This document shows, one piece after another, positions 45,353 through 59,896 of a stretch of 64,000 bases of DNA (its first letter is position 1; the number at the start of each line of letters is the position of its first letter). Under the pieces are notes generated by a model. It saw only the letters and a list, made by a program, of their open reading frames with translations, had not been told where the DNA came from and did no database searches. The stretch is taken from NCBI RefSeq assembly GCF_009914755.1, contig NC_060927.1; one strand, written 5' to 3'. Source of the stretch: the human T2T-CHM13v2.0 reference genome, Homo sapiens. Made by a program: the position numbers and the translations under genes.

Positions 45353-45707
45353 TGAAGTGGAGGTGAGACTTGACTCAGGAGGCAGGGCTTGGACACTGGA
45401 CCAAATTGAGGACTAGCTAAAACAGGGAAGGGGCTGAAGCAGCTTTCTATAAGACACACCCACTAGGGTGCCATGTCAGTTTATCATTGCCATAGCAACA
45501 CCCGGGAGTTCCCACCCCTTTCCATGGCAATAATCCAACAACCCAGAAGTTACTATGTTTTCCCTAGAAATTTCTGCATAAACTGCTCCTTAATCTGCAA
45601 ACAATTAAGAGTAAGTATAAGTACTACTGCAGAACTACCCTGAGCCGCTACTCTCTGCCTATGGGGTAGCCCTGCTCTGCAGGAGCAGTCATGGAGCTGT
45701 CCCACTG
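45353..45707 (+). mobile_element. MER66-like ERV1 LTR, 3'-truncated
   Basis: Colinear with the intact LTR at 60386-60874 up to about ggagcagt; the poly(A) signal and U5 are missing. Confidence 0.85.
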
Positions 45708-46146
45708 TAGAGACCACATGGACCTCTAGTCCTTTCCTAATTTTAAATATGTATAAATACACTGAAGCTAAACATTTCTGTGCAAAGTGAAGATGCCCTC
45801 CTTTACTTGCCTTCAATAGCTAACATTGGCATTAGCCCACTTATGGCTCTAAAATACATCATCCTAGTTGATTTTTACAACACCTGTGACATGGGAAAAA
45901 CATGTTATTTTCCCTATTTTTCAAGATTAAAAATCAAGCAGAGAAATTATGATTTTTCCAAACCCCCATGGAAAGCAAAAAGGAGCTTTCAAAGAAGGAA
46001 TCAAGTCTCTAAAAGTTAAGCACAGTGTTGCTTTGATTAGCCTCTCCCAGAGGGCTTTGCTTAATACTGGGACTATAACAGGCCCTGGAGTCTTTATTGA
46101 TTAGCTGATCCCATTTGCCATAAGTAGCTTATTTAGAAACAGTTTT

Positions 46147-46229
46147 GGTCTTGAACACCGGCCTCAAGCAACCCTACTGCATCAGCCTCCCAAAGTGCTG
46201 GGACTACAGGTATGAGCCACCATGCCTGG
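46147..46229 (-). mobile_element. Alu left-arm fragment within MIR
   Basis: cagcctcccaaagtgctgggactacaggtatgagccaccatgcctgg. Confidence 0.8.
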
Positions 46230-48449
46230 TGATAGGTACTGTTTTTATCCCCATTTTATAGCTAAAGGGACAGAGGCTTAGAGAAATCATGAAATTCGCC
46301 TTTGTCATACATCTTGTACATTGCGGACCTGGGAATCTGACTCTGATGACAGAGCCAGTGTTTTGTAAATTTATGCCGTTATGCCTCCCAGCAAGACAAA
46401 AAAGGAAAAACCCAAGATTTAGAGAGCTGAGTTCTCAGTTCTGGGACTTCCTCTGCCAGTCTTCATTGTGCACTTGTGGGCAAGTCACTTCCAGCCTTAG
46501 AGTTACCCCCTGTCACATGGGGGCGTCAACAAGGCTCACAGCTTAGGATTGGGCAATGGGTTAAAGGAGATCTTTTCTAAATTGTAGCACTATAAAAATG
46601 TTAATGAAACAGAGTTTATGGCTTCTTTATGTTTGGATCTTTGGTGTCTACTGGGTACTCAATGATGGATGTTAAATAAATGAATGAAATGAGAATTCCT
46701 ATCGGTTCAAGACCGAGAATTTTGGCATGATTTGGAAAACAAAAGGCAAATGAAAACAGCTAAAGTAAACTCAGTAATATCCTATTTTAGTTCAAACATC
46801 TTTAATTATGAGCCATCAAAGGGAACACACACACACACGCATGCACACACACACAGACATCACACTGCATATACCATATACTGCAAATGATTCTCAAGTC
46901 TAAGTGTGACTAGATTAGGCAAAGTTTTCAATGAGACCCAAAAGATTCCTTTTAAATTGTCACTGACATCACACTACCAGATTAATTTTTAAAAATTGAT
47001 CTGTCTTGGGTGTATCTTGGAGATAAAAATGAAGAACTATATTTCTCCCTTTCTCACCTTTCTAGTGTAATTTTCAGGTACAAATATAGAATGAAGTGTT
47101 GCTGTTGTTAAAATGACACACTTTTTCACATAGGCTAAGATTAGAGAGTTTCAGGAGAGAAATTCTCACAAGCCTGTGGTCCAGCCTGGGAGCCACTCAT
47201 TATCTATTTTCCAGAGGAAAAAAAAATCAGCTCACTCGAGTTTACTGAGCATCTTCTATGAGCTAAGGGTAAGTCCAAGGGACATCATGGAAAATATTCT
47301 TGCTTAATGTATTTGCAATGTTGTCAAAGAGGTAAGGCATAAATATAGGTAATCATACTGACACTGTACTCTTCTGGACTGAAAGTATTGGAACACCTCT
47401 TGAACTATAATAAAGGGATTTATTATAATAATTATAAATTAAATATAAAATATTATATAAGAGTATGTAATAAAATATAATATTAAATTTAATAAATCTT
47501 TTTATAGAGGTAGATCCCAAAACCCCAAAAATGCGATGGTGCAAGGCCTTAACTAGAACCAAGAGTTCATCTCCATCTGAACTCACTTTTCTTCTTCATT
47601 CTTATTTCCTCATATTCCAGTTTTCTCTGCTTCCCAGTCCACATGGCCTAACAAGACCATCCACAGCTCCAAAGTTTGTATTTCCCCAGTTCAGAAAAAA
47701 AGACAAATAAGTGCTGGGATTTCTGAGTCTCAATTCCAAATCTTAGGGCTTATTAGTCTAGCTTGAGTCAGATGCCCAGTCGTGATCTAACCAACTGTGG
47801 CCAGGAGGCCAAGGTGAAATTATACAATCATCATTAAAGAAACCCTGTCCCTGTAACCACAAAGGTCAGGGAAATGGGGCTGTACTCAGAAAGGGGCTAT
47901 GCAGTGAGTCCAATACCTGGTCCCTGTGTTAACAATGTGATTTTATTAGCAGGAATGTTCAAGGGTTGCAAATAGCAAAAAACTAACTAACAGACGATTA
48001 AATAATAAAATAATATAATTAACCACATACTAAGATGTTTAGAAGTAGGCAGTCCTAGGGTTGATTTCAGGGCTCTGAGTAGGTCTCTGAGAAGGTCTTG
48101 GCGTTTCCCTCATGGCCACAATACAGTTGCGTAGATTTAGACAAGACATCCTCACATTAGATTAGGGAATATCTGGTGAGAGAGCTCTCCTTGCACACAC
48201 ACTTCTCTCTTTTATCATATGCAAGAGGTTTTGTCCAGAAACCCTCCCAAAAAGCATACCTTTAGGTTGCATTGGTCAGTGCTGAGTCACAAGAACAGGA
48301 CTAGCTTCAAAGAAGTCTAGAAAAAGAAGTCTGGGTTTTTCAGGCTCTATCATAAGAGGCAACTAAGAAATAAGGGAATTGAGAATTGGTTGTTGAAAAG
48401 CCAGTTCAAAGTCAGAAACAATGATGAACTGCCAAATAAATGGCATAGA

Positions 48450-48646
48450 TCTAAATGTTTAGCAGAATTTTCTGAGATGAGGAGAATGCTCCATCTCTTT
48501 GCTATCCAGTATGGCAGCTGCTAGCTGCTTGTGGCTACTGGGAACTAGAAATGTGGCTAGTGTGGTTGAGAAACTAAATTTTATTTAATTAATGATTTAA
48601 ATTTAAATAAGCATATGAGGCTAGTGACTACCATATTGGTCAGTGT
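48450..48646. mobile_element. MER3 (hAT-Charlie)
   Basis: agaattttctgagatga..ctatccagtatggcagc..tgtggctactg..aaatgtggctagtgtgg..ggctagtgactaccatattgg. Confidence 0.8.
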
Positions 48647-49550
48647 GAAACTATAGATAATGTCTTCTTGGGAATAACTTCTTGGAGGTCAGAGGAAAAT
48701 CAGAGGCATCACCCTGGGTCAGAATAATTTGGTAGCCTTCACAGGAGATGGATGTGAAGGATGGTTGGGGTTTGAAAGTTTTCCAATACAGTAAGCTTGC
48801 TCTAAGGCAGAGAGGCAGAATATAGTATGGCATTCTTAGGAGGTGTTAATCAGATTAGTTTGGTAGAGGTAGGTTTTTTGTGGAGGAGTGGGCAAAAAGC
48901 TGAAAAGTAACTTCAATTCAAATGGAAGAAATATTTAAATGCCAGCTTGGACTATGTACAATAGGCAACTGATGCTATTGAAAGAAGGGTAAGATACGAA
49001 GTGATACTTAGGGAAGATTAACCTGGTGATTGTAAAAGAGATGAATAGAAGGCAAGAAAATTAGTTATGATAGTATTTTCCAAATTTTTCATGTTATGGC
49101 ACATACAAAAATCGATATATTTTTGCTCACTAGGTCAAACGGACAAGACAGCTCCTGGCCAAAGGTGACCATCCCAGAGACTCCAGCTGCTGTAACCTTT
49201 CACCCCAAAATCCTGAAATGAGGATTACTATCTTCTCACACCTATAACCCTTTTATAGCACAGTAGTGAACACCAGCACATAGTTGGGATGCTCTAACTT
49301 AGCAGACTGTCTGGAACAAAATAGGTTGTGGTATATATGAAAAAGGAAGGAAAAAGAGTGAAATATTTTATTGAGGGAATTGAAAGAAATCAGGAACTAA
49401 TTAGAGGTAGTTACGGTAGATGTCAGAGATGACAGTAACTCCTAAGTTTCAAGAATGGTGATACCAGAAATAAAAATAGTATTATGAAATTGTTTTGACA
49501 GGACATGGTGATTTCAATCTAAAATATGGAGGTGATAAATGGACCTCCTA

Positions 49551-50147
49551 TGAAGGACTGTTACATTAGTGTCACCCAGTGATCCATGGCTCTGGTAGTC
49601 ATGCTATGGGATATTCCCCTCCCATATTGACTCTGGGCTTGGACATGTAAGTTATTTGGCCAATGAGACATCAACATGGTGCAAGCAGAGGCTTGATGAG
49701 CATTTGTGCATTGAGGCTTTTCCCCTTGGAACCAGCCAACATGCTGTAAGGAAGCTCAGGATAGATCACTGACTGATGAGAGGTCACAGGCAGAGAGAGC
49801 AGGTCTATGAGAGTCTACGTTTTTTGTCTTTTTTTGTAGAGACAGGGTCTTACTATGTTGCCCAGGCTAGTTTCAAACTCCTGGCCTCAAGCAATCCTTC
49901 CATCTCAGTTTTTCAAAGCACTGGGATTACAGATGTGAGCCACCGCACCTGGCCTCTGAGAGTCCATCTTGCATGTTTCAGCCACAGCCAAACACCTATC
50001 TGAAGATAGACACAGGAGTGACCTCAGCAGAAGAACCACTCAGCTGAGCCCAGTCAATCCTCAAATTGATGAAAAATAACAAATCATTGTTGTTTTAAGC
50101 CACTAAGCTTCAGGTGTTACACTAGTCAGTAATAGGTAATAGAAACA
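49551..50147 (+). mobile_element. MLT1G/H-like LTR with an antisense FLAM at ~49820-49953
   Basis: ttgactctgggcttggacatgt..ttggccaatgagaca..gcaagcagaggcttga; cagctgagcccagtcaa..ttgttgttttaagccactaag. Confidence 0.75.
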
Positions 50148-51774
50148 ATATCCAAATAAAAATGTTCAATAGGACCTTGATGACATGGATCTGGATGCCA
50201 GGCAAGAGATCTGGGCCTTAGATGTAATTCCATAAGATATGTGTGCTTCTGTCATAGCAATGACATTGTAATGAAATTGGATGATGTATCCTTCACTAGA
50301 CTGTGAGCTCTTTAATGACAGGGACTGGGTTTTTGGTGATTTCTTATACACTATTCTCGGTTCAAAGAAGATTCTCAAGAGATCCATGCTGAGTAATAGA
50401 ACAAGTGAATGAATAAAGATAGTGAAGTATAATGGAAAAGGAATAGACTTTGAAATCAGACAGGCTAGGCTTGAACTTCAGCTCTCTTAATCACTAAATG
50501 TATGATCATCAGTAAATCACCAATCCTCCTTGTAAACTTTAAGTAATGTGAGCAGCCTCTCAAGAGCCACTGAGAGGAGCCAATAAACAGAAAACACGCA
50601 ATAAATTAAAGCTTTTCATAACTGGGGATGAATCAAGTGATCATTGAAATGTGGGAATGAATGAAATCAAAAAAAAGGTAAGTATAGTAAGAGAAGAGTG
50701 ATGAGTCTGGGGAGGATGCATAGGGAATACAAGAAAGAAAATGATTCCAAGAGAGATAAAAAGGAAGAGAGAAAGCATGAGAGAGGAAGACCCAGACCAA
50801 ATGGAATGACAGGAAAAGAACCAAGATAGGGTACATTTTACTAGACCAAAAAGGGCAGCAATTTTAAAGAAAGACCCAAGTCAACATTGCTATGCTTAGA
50901 GATTATAGTTTTTGGGTCATTGTTTTGTGTGTTTATGGCATCTCAGCCATTGGTCCAGGACTGTCAGCAGGAAAATTTTTGAAGAAAAAGATTAGGCCAT
51001 CATGGATGATCGAATATATCCTAATTAAGGACAGTGGATAAGGCAGCATTTGAGGTCGTTATAAAATGTCAGCTGGGTGCCTGATAGTTGATAAGAAAGA
51101 GCAAATTTAAACTTTCTGTGGTTGGACCTACAGCTTCTAGGAGAATCATTGAAAGGAAGGAATTTATGTAAAATAAAGAAGTGGTATGAGAAAGGAGAGC
51201 ACTATCTGCCTTAGGTCTCCTGGGAGAAATCAAACCTTAGGGATCTAATTATCTGAAGTCATTTCTCTCTGGAGAGATAAACATAAACAACTGAAAAGAC
51301 AGTTGTTTGAAACATTGCAAAAACATCCAATAAAACCATCAGCTCTAAAAACAGAATCATCAGTTATACAAATATCTCTCATGCCATTGTCCTGGTGTTG
51401 GAAAGAAATTAGGCGAGACTCTTAATGATATCAGATTTTGTGGGTGAGAACTTTGAAGTTTACATTTGTAAGTTTTGCTGTTCACTTTCCTTTATCAGTT
51501 AACAGCATCCTGATTTTGCTTTGGGAAACCATTTTTTCCCCCCACTTTTTCAATTTATATGTTTGAGTGGAGTTGATTTCACCTTCCCTCCACCCTCTGC
51601 TCCAGGAGTAAATGTGTGCCTAAGGCCTAGTCAACAGAGTATCACATCCATGTGACAATGATGATTGGTTCAGAGATACATACGTACCCTGAATGAAGCC
51701 AATCAGGTTCAATCAAAGATAATTCTGAGTCTTAGCTTGGGCATCTGGCAGATATATGCTTCCTTTCTTCTTCA

Positions 51775-52434
<660 letters not shown>

Positions 52435-52659
52435 CTATTACTTGCAATTAGGATCCAGACTAATAATGACAGCAGAATATAAATATATTAGTATATGAAG
52501 AGGGAGAGTATCAGACATATATCATTCAATGTAATTATTTCTGTTATAATGGGCCCAATAACAACTTCATTTTAAAGATGAGAACTCTGTAGCTAAGAGA
52601 GAGGAATAACTTTGTAGAATGTCAAAGAAGTGGGAAATATGTTATCTAAACTAGATGGT

Positions 52660-53265
52660 AGAGCAGCAATCAACAAATTATTGCAAGGCAGCCAATTCTA
52701 GTCCATCACTTGTTTTTATATGCCCAAGTTAAGAATGGTAGAAAGGAAATGGAAGGCCAGGCACAGTGGCTCACGCCTGTAATCCCAGCACTTTGGGGGG
52801 CCAAGGCAGGTGGATAATGAGGTCAGGAGTTGGAGACCACCTGACCAACATGGTGAAACCCCGTCTCTACTAAAAATACAAAAATTAGTCGGGCGTGGTG
52901 GCACCCACCTGTAATCTCAGCTACTCAGGAGGCTGAGTCAGGATAATCGCTTCAACCTGGGAGGTGGAGGTTGCAGTGAGCAGAGACCGCACCATTGCAC
53001 TCTAGCCTGGGCAATAGAGTGAGATTCTGTCCCAAAACAAACAAACAAACAAACAAACAAAAAAGAAAGAAAGAAATGGAAAAGATAGTTTTTCATGACA
53101 CATACAAATTATATGAAATTCACATTTTGGTATCCATAAATAAAGTTCTATTGGAATACAGCTATGTCCATTCACTTATATATGGTCTATGACTGCTTTT
53201 ATGCTATAAGGTCAGAGTTGGGAGGGTGAGACGGACTGTACAGTCTGCAAAGCTTCAAAATCCTC
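52660..53265. mobile_element. MER58B-like element interrupted by an Alu
   Basis: tatatgaaattcacattttggtatccataaataaagttctattggaatacagctatgtccattca. Confidence 0.7.
52755..53075 (+). mobile_element. AluS with (AAAC)n tail
   Basis: Dimer; TSD ~gaaa(g)gaaatggaa. Confidence 0.92.
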
Positions 53266-53269
53266 TCTA

Positions 53270-53407
53270 GGACAGGTGTAGTGGCTCATGCTTGTAATCC
53301 CAGCACTTCCAGAGGCAGAAGCAGGAGGATCGTTTGAGGCCAGGAGTTAGAGGCCAGGCTGGGCAACATAGGGAGATCTCATCTGTATTTAAAAATAAAA
53401 AAAAAAT
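53270..53407 (+). mobile_element. FLAM-like Alu monomer
   Basis: Single left arm with A tail. Confidence 0.8.
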
Positions 53408-53917
53408 AACTAAAACACTCTCTTGCTTTTTATGGAGAAAGTTTGCTGTCCTTTGTGGTGGAGGATATATACATGAAGAAATCTGTCTTCCTATAGCAGG
53501 ATGTCTGTGTATATGTATCATGTGGCCTTATATATACATATTTTTATACACACATATATTTAGGAAGATAAAGGTAGAAAGAAAAATTTGTTTTTTGTCC
53601 ACTGGGTTTGGACCATCACTTGCAAGAGATGTCATAGAAGTATTTTCCTTCAAATGGAGCAATAATTTGAAAATCTTTTCAGCAGCAGAATCCCTTTATG
53701 AAAAGAAATTTCTAGGAGTCTCCCATAATGTATAATATTTGAAAACAGGCCTTTCATGTGTGTATCTCTAGCCATGCCTACTAACTGAAACTTCATTTCC
53801 CCCAGCCACTTCTGCCCCTACCAATTCCAACCATGTGCTCCAGGCACTGGTGTGACATCTTAAGATATTTTAAGGATTTAGAAAAATTTGGTAAGCACTG
53901 AGATTTTGGTTCTAAAC

Positions 53918-54108
53918 CAGTGGTTTCCAAACCTGTTTGCACATCAGACAGCAAGGATATTACTTTTAAATGTGAATTCCTTATTTGCCCGCCTTCTGAC
54001 ACACAACCAAATTCTATTTTGGGAGCTCTGGGCTAGGACTCTCAAAACTGTACCTTTAACAAGCTCTCCAGGTGATTCTGATAAGTGGCTATGATTAAAG
54101 TTACTGCT
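53918..54108. mobile_element. MER5A-like
   Basis: cagtggtttccaaac..gcacatcaga..tttaacaagctctccaggtgattctgat. Confidence 0.7.
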
Positions 54109-57100
54109 AGAGGTAATCTTAAATTTCTTCCCAACTCTGAAATTCCACAACTCTAGGATCTTTAGCACTTCCAGAAGAGCTTCCTGAAGAAAGATGTAGA
54201 TATTCTACCAATCATCTCAGCACTCTTTCTTTCTTTTATTCTCTTTTAAACAAAATATGCATGCATCCATAAAAATAAAAACTCAAACTCTACAAAAGGA
54301 AGTTTCCCTCTAACCCCCAAATTATCCATTGCTCCCCGAGAAGCATTCAGAGTTTCCAGTTTGTAGTTTATTCTTCCAGAGATAGTGTGCATACAAGTAT
54401 TTGTGTCTCTTTTCTTTTTTATACTAAAGCCAGGAAAACATATGCACTTGCTGCTTTTCACTTAATAATGTTTTTGATATCATATCATATAATATCTGAA
54501 TAAAGAGAATTATCTATTTTTTATTGTCTGAACAGTATTATTCCTGCATAGTGTTATTTCTATTGAAGCACGGTTAGATTATTAATCCAGAGTGTGATAT
54601 GTACGTGTGTGTGTGTCCCATATACTCCTGGACCTGCTTATTCACATATGCAAATGCATCTGAGCAATACATTTCAGAGAGCTTTAGATTAATGTCTTAT
54701 GGTAGTGGTAGGAACATGAAGTAAGCACCTTTTTCATTTTGTTTTTCTTCAAATGTACTTGTTTGGCTTTGTAGTGGCAACAAAGCATAGGAAAAGAAGC
54801 GCCTGAAAATTTTATTTTTCATAAATCTATCTAAGAAGAGTCTTCCTTTTTTCATTTGTGGAAAAAAATTACTGACTACCTATTATGGTTGGTCATCATG
54901 CATATGGTTTTGTCTAACTCACCTTATCTAAGTCTCTGTGAAGTAATTGATCATTTCTTTGTTTTACAAATGAAGAAATGGAGTCTCTGAGTAGTGACAT
55001 AAGCTACTCACATTCCCATGTATGATAAGTAGCAGGACTGATTTGAAACTTTGTCTTTCATTTTAAAAACCCAAGTTCATTTCACAAGACATGTTATTGA
55101 GCCTTAAAAACAAATCTACTGAGATGTCATCTATGTAATTTCAGGTTTAGGTTCTAGAAACCCTCCAGTGAGTAGTAAAGATAATATTACACTAAGTTCT
55201 TTTCTTACCAACACACCATTGAAGTTGAAGGAGAAAGGACACAATCTCCATCCTTTCAAGAGATGGAAGATTTATTATGTAAGAGGGCTAAGAACAGAAA
55301 CAATAGAAAATAGTCATCCTAACTGAATCCAATATCTGCTTATTATCCAGGTCTTTCTAAATTTCTCTCCTTGACAGTGCCAATTAGCTACATCTCATGA
55401 AGAGATTTGTAATCTGACAAGGCTGAAACCCTGGTAATTAGGAAGCATCTCATTATCACTCATCTTTTGAACAGTGCAGAGTGGCAGACAATTGTCAACT
55501 TCAAATTGGTCAAGCTTTAAATTGGCCAAGGGTTCCTGAAGCCTCTCCTTCCTGTCAGGAGGAGAAGAGAACAAAGCTGCAGAATTGGAGGGGCCTCTCT
55601 TGAATTCACTGAAACAGGGAACTCAGGCCAAATAAGGGGGCCATCTTACCAGCTACAGCTAAAAGCCTACTCTTCCAAGGCTTATTTTAAATTTTTATTT
55701 TATTTATTTTTGTCAGAGAACTTTGACAAAGAAGACTTTTGAGGTTTTTAAATTGATAGTCTCCATATAACAGCCTGAACTTCCCAGTTTATATCACTTG
55801 TGTCCCATCTTAATACATAAATTATTCAACAAGTTATAACAGTGAAACATAAAAGGCATCCACACTTTTAGTTAATAATGGTAGTTAATATTTACTGGAC
55901 ATTTATTTTTTCAGTAGGCAAAAAATGTATGAAGTTTTTTTACATGAATTTCCTTACGTAATTTTAGCAACAACTCTCTGAGGTGTGTTCTTTTAACTAT
56001 TCCCATTTTATGGATGAGAAGGCTGAAACACCAAAAAATTAAGTAGCTATTCAAGGATACTGTTAGGAAGAGACAGGGCTGGGATTTGAACCCATTACTG
56101 ACTGACTTCAGAGTCACTGACTATAAACATTAAGCTTTAGTACCCAGGAAAACAAATCTGGTAATTACAATTCTCCCAAACGGCGCAATTTTCTGTTTGA
56201 AGAAGATTGATAAATACTTAGTGTTACTTTGGGGCTATGTATCTCTTAGTTTGGGGAAAAAAGTTGGTTATACAAATGTGATAGAAAACCCTTTTCTAGA
56301 GGAACCGTGATTTGAAGAGTTGAATTGCTCTGCGGGAGAACATAGACTATTTCACTCAGTGACAGCCTTCATCTCTGAAGGTTGATTCCTATGATGTCTA
56401 TGTGTTATTGCTTAGTTTTGGAGGTGTGTGTGGTGTGTGTGTTGTGTGTGAGTGTGTGTTGTTATTATTTAAACCATTACATGCTGAAGAAAGAGAACCA
56501 AGAATATAAAATGGCAGGAGGGATGGGGAGTCCTAATTGTCAAAATGAACCAGAAGAGGAATCTCTTGAGTTGTTTGCACTTTCCCTTGTGAAACTGTTA
56601 ATGTCTGACAGTGGTTCTATGGAAGAATTCCTGAAATCAGCCTTGAGAAATGCATGGCCCCATTGAAGCCCTTAGAGCTACGGAGAGAATGGAAATTCCT
56701 ACCACCAATCAACCTTGAAAGAGGCCCGTCCTAGATTAAAAATAAGGACTTCATTGGAAAGCCTAAGACTTTAGTAGTAAAAGGAGATCTTTTCTTCTGT
56801 TTGTTTCTTACAGACACAGGCAAAAGAGATGTACCCAAAGGCTCCCTAATGAGAATATGTGAGCATTCCATGAAACATGAGCCAAAGTGAGGCTTAAACA
56901 CCCAACAGATGCCTGTTGAAATGAATTGAACCTATGAACTCTGAGAGAAGCCAAATTTAACATCTCATGTTAAATTTCTCTGTGTCGGAATTCATTTTCA
57001 TTACCCAAGTCTTTGATAAGGTCTTGCTAAACATTACTGCCTGATCTCTGCTTTTATTTTGTGTTTTGAGTAGGTTCTCTCTGATTATACTTGGAATGAA

Positions 57101-57324
57101 GGGATTCAAAAAGGAACAGCAGAAGACTAAGTAAAGACAGCCTGTAACTAATGATTCCTGGCTCAAAATGCCAGATAGGCCACATGTGTTTATATATTCT
57201 TCCTCCCAAAATCCCGCAAAATGACAACAAACAATAAGTAAGTTATTAATCCTCATAGTAGATGTAGTTGGTACCTCAATAATATATCTTGGGACTCACA
57301 ATGTCATTGGATGACCACAACAAG

Positions 57325-58260
57325 CACATTGGAAAATAAAGTTGAAGAAACAGCTCAAGATGTAAATCAAAGTGATCAAGAGATGGCCAATAGAAGAAGA
57401 AAGATTAGAAGATCAATCCTGGAAGAACAAAATATGACTCATAGAAAAAAAGAAGAAAGGAGATTATTAAAGAATAAACACACAAAAAAAACAAAATTGA
57501 AAGACATAACTGTTCAGATTGAAAGAGTACAGAAAGAGCTCAGCACATTGATTAAAACAAGACCCATAATAGAGGGGATACTCTTGTATGCCATCCAGAT
57601 TTCCCTACAAGACTAAGGATTCCCTCATATCAGGGGCATATTGGTAGCTGTGGCTTCTCAAATGATTTTCTCTTGGGCAATTGCCCTTGACCTAAAGGAG
57701 CTGCCTTGCCCACGGACATGCTGTTTTGGGGGATAGACTGAATCCATGACTGGTCAAAAGGGGAAGACAATATAAAGGCCCAGCCCACCTGCCTAAGGTG
57801 TGACAATTCCAAAGTGTTGCTCCAGTTCAGAACTCACCATGGGATTGGCTAAAGTCTTTGTTGCAATTGCATTGCAGTTTAACTTCTTCTCCTTCTGCCC
57901 AATCCTGTTTTCTTTATCCCTTAACAAATGTTGCTCTCAAGAGCAGTCCCTCATAAACTTCCTGCACAACAGTCTCTGTCTCTGTACCCAAACTAAGAAC
58001 ATATCAAGGCATATTGTGGTGAAATTTCAGCATTTAAGAAATTAAAAAGAAGATCCGAAAGGCTACCAGAGGGGAAAAACAATAGATCAACTGCAAAGGA
58101 GCTGGAAACAGAATGATATTTCAGCAACACTGGAATCTAGAAAAGTGCCTTTTTTAAATAATGGGAGGAAAATACTTTTATCTTAGGTTAATATTTAATC
58201 CTAGGTTATAGATTTCATTCTAGAAGTATATAACAGTCTAAATAAGTGGAAGGATGGCAT
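57325..58260 (+). mobile_element. Ancient L1 ORF1 remnant split by an LTR
   Basis: Translations LENKVEE..VQIERV..TRP and RHIVVKFQ..K..K..R resemble L1 ORF1p coiled-coil/RRM motifs; stops and frameshifts present. Confidence 0.7.
57568..58001 (+). mobile_element. LTR16A-like ERVL LTR
   Basis: gggcaattgcccttg..agctgccttgccc..ttctccttctgcccaatcctg..taaacttcctgcac..aactaagaaca. Confidence 0.75.
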
Positions 58261-58269
58261 AAAGACTTA

Positions 58270-58581
<312 letters not shown>

Positions 58582-59896
58582 TCATATAGGCAAGTACTCA
58601 GTAAATCTTTATCTTTCTCAAGCTACTGGAGTAAAGTGATACAAGGAAGAATAACAGCAAATTGAGTATAAGAAAAGTACCAAAATGAAAGGGTAAACCA
58701 AGAAAGAGGGAGACATGAGATGCAGGAAAATAGATGTTTTCCTGAAGACTGGCAAAGAGACAACCCCGGGAATGCAGCCATACAGCAAACTAAGAGAAAG
58801 ATCAGCCCAGATAGGATCAGGAGGACAGAGGGCTCCAGCAAGGAGGGCTCTAGGAACCAGGAAAAATAACAATAATAGTAAATAATAATAAATAACTAAT
58901 TATAATAACTATTAACTCCTGCAGAAGTTTGTACACAAAAGGAGGCATAATTCTAGTGAGCTGAGTAATATTTGCATAATCATTCACTAACGTAAATGTT
59001 GACTACTGATTTAGTAAAAGAAATGGCTACGCTGGCACGTTAAGAAAAAGGAAATGGTGGAACATGGTGGTGAGCTAGATCTTTATATAGTGTGTAGTGA
59101 AGTCTGGGATACCTTCTTAAATCAATGAACCAGGAAATGACAGTGTATGCACAATTTTAGAAACATGAAAGTCAATATTAGGAGAAGTAAATAGGAGAGT
59201 TAAGGGGGCTTGCTTCTGGGGAGTAGAAGTGAAAAACCATTCAAGAAATGACTCATTCATCGTAAACCATCAAGTACTAACTTGAGTATGTTAGACATTT
59301 AAAGTCATGTGTATGCATTTTAAAAATAACATTTTTAAAGCTTATTTAATTTTTTAAAAAAGTTAGAAGTGGTAGGAAATGGCCTGCTATGTAGTGGTAG
59401 TGGTGAGTGGGGATTGATAAGACTCAGAGCTGGATGAGTGAAGAAGACGGTATGCATCAACCACACAGATTCCTGGAACATGCAAGCATTCCCTGGGGAC
59501 TGCTAAAGAAACTTGGACAAAGGAATCCTGGTAAAGGACTCAAACCATCATGGTATGCCACTTTCACACTTAGGTTCTGCTGACAGGTTTGAACCATAAT
59601 GTCAGCTGCCTGCCATCTGTTCTACCATAAACCCTTGTACCCATGGCAGATATTGCTAACTCAGCATGGCTCTGTTTCACACACAGATATGATCAATTAA
59701 CAAATGTCCATCATAGGCATAGAAAAGAGGCATGGTACCACGTTTGCCAAAATGCTTGTGGCCTCAGAATCCTTCTCAACACAAGGCTCTAAGAGCCATA
59801 CCATTGGGACAGTGGGACAACTCTGGAGGGCTCCTCATAGGATTAGCATCCCTATATACAATTTGCCATCCCTAGTATGAAAGCCCACCTTCCTTA

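Noticed and set aside
57311-57616. 101-aa coiled-coil-like ORF
   Set aside because: Decayed L1 ORF1 running into an LTR; not a host gene.
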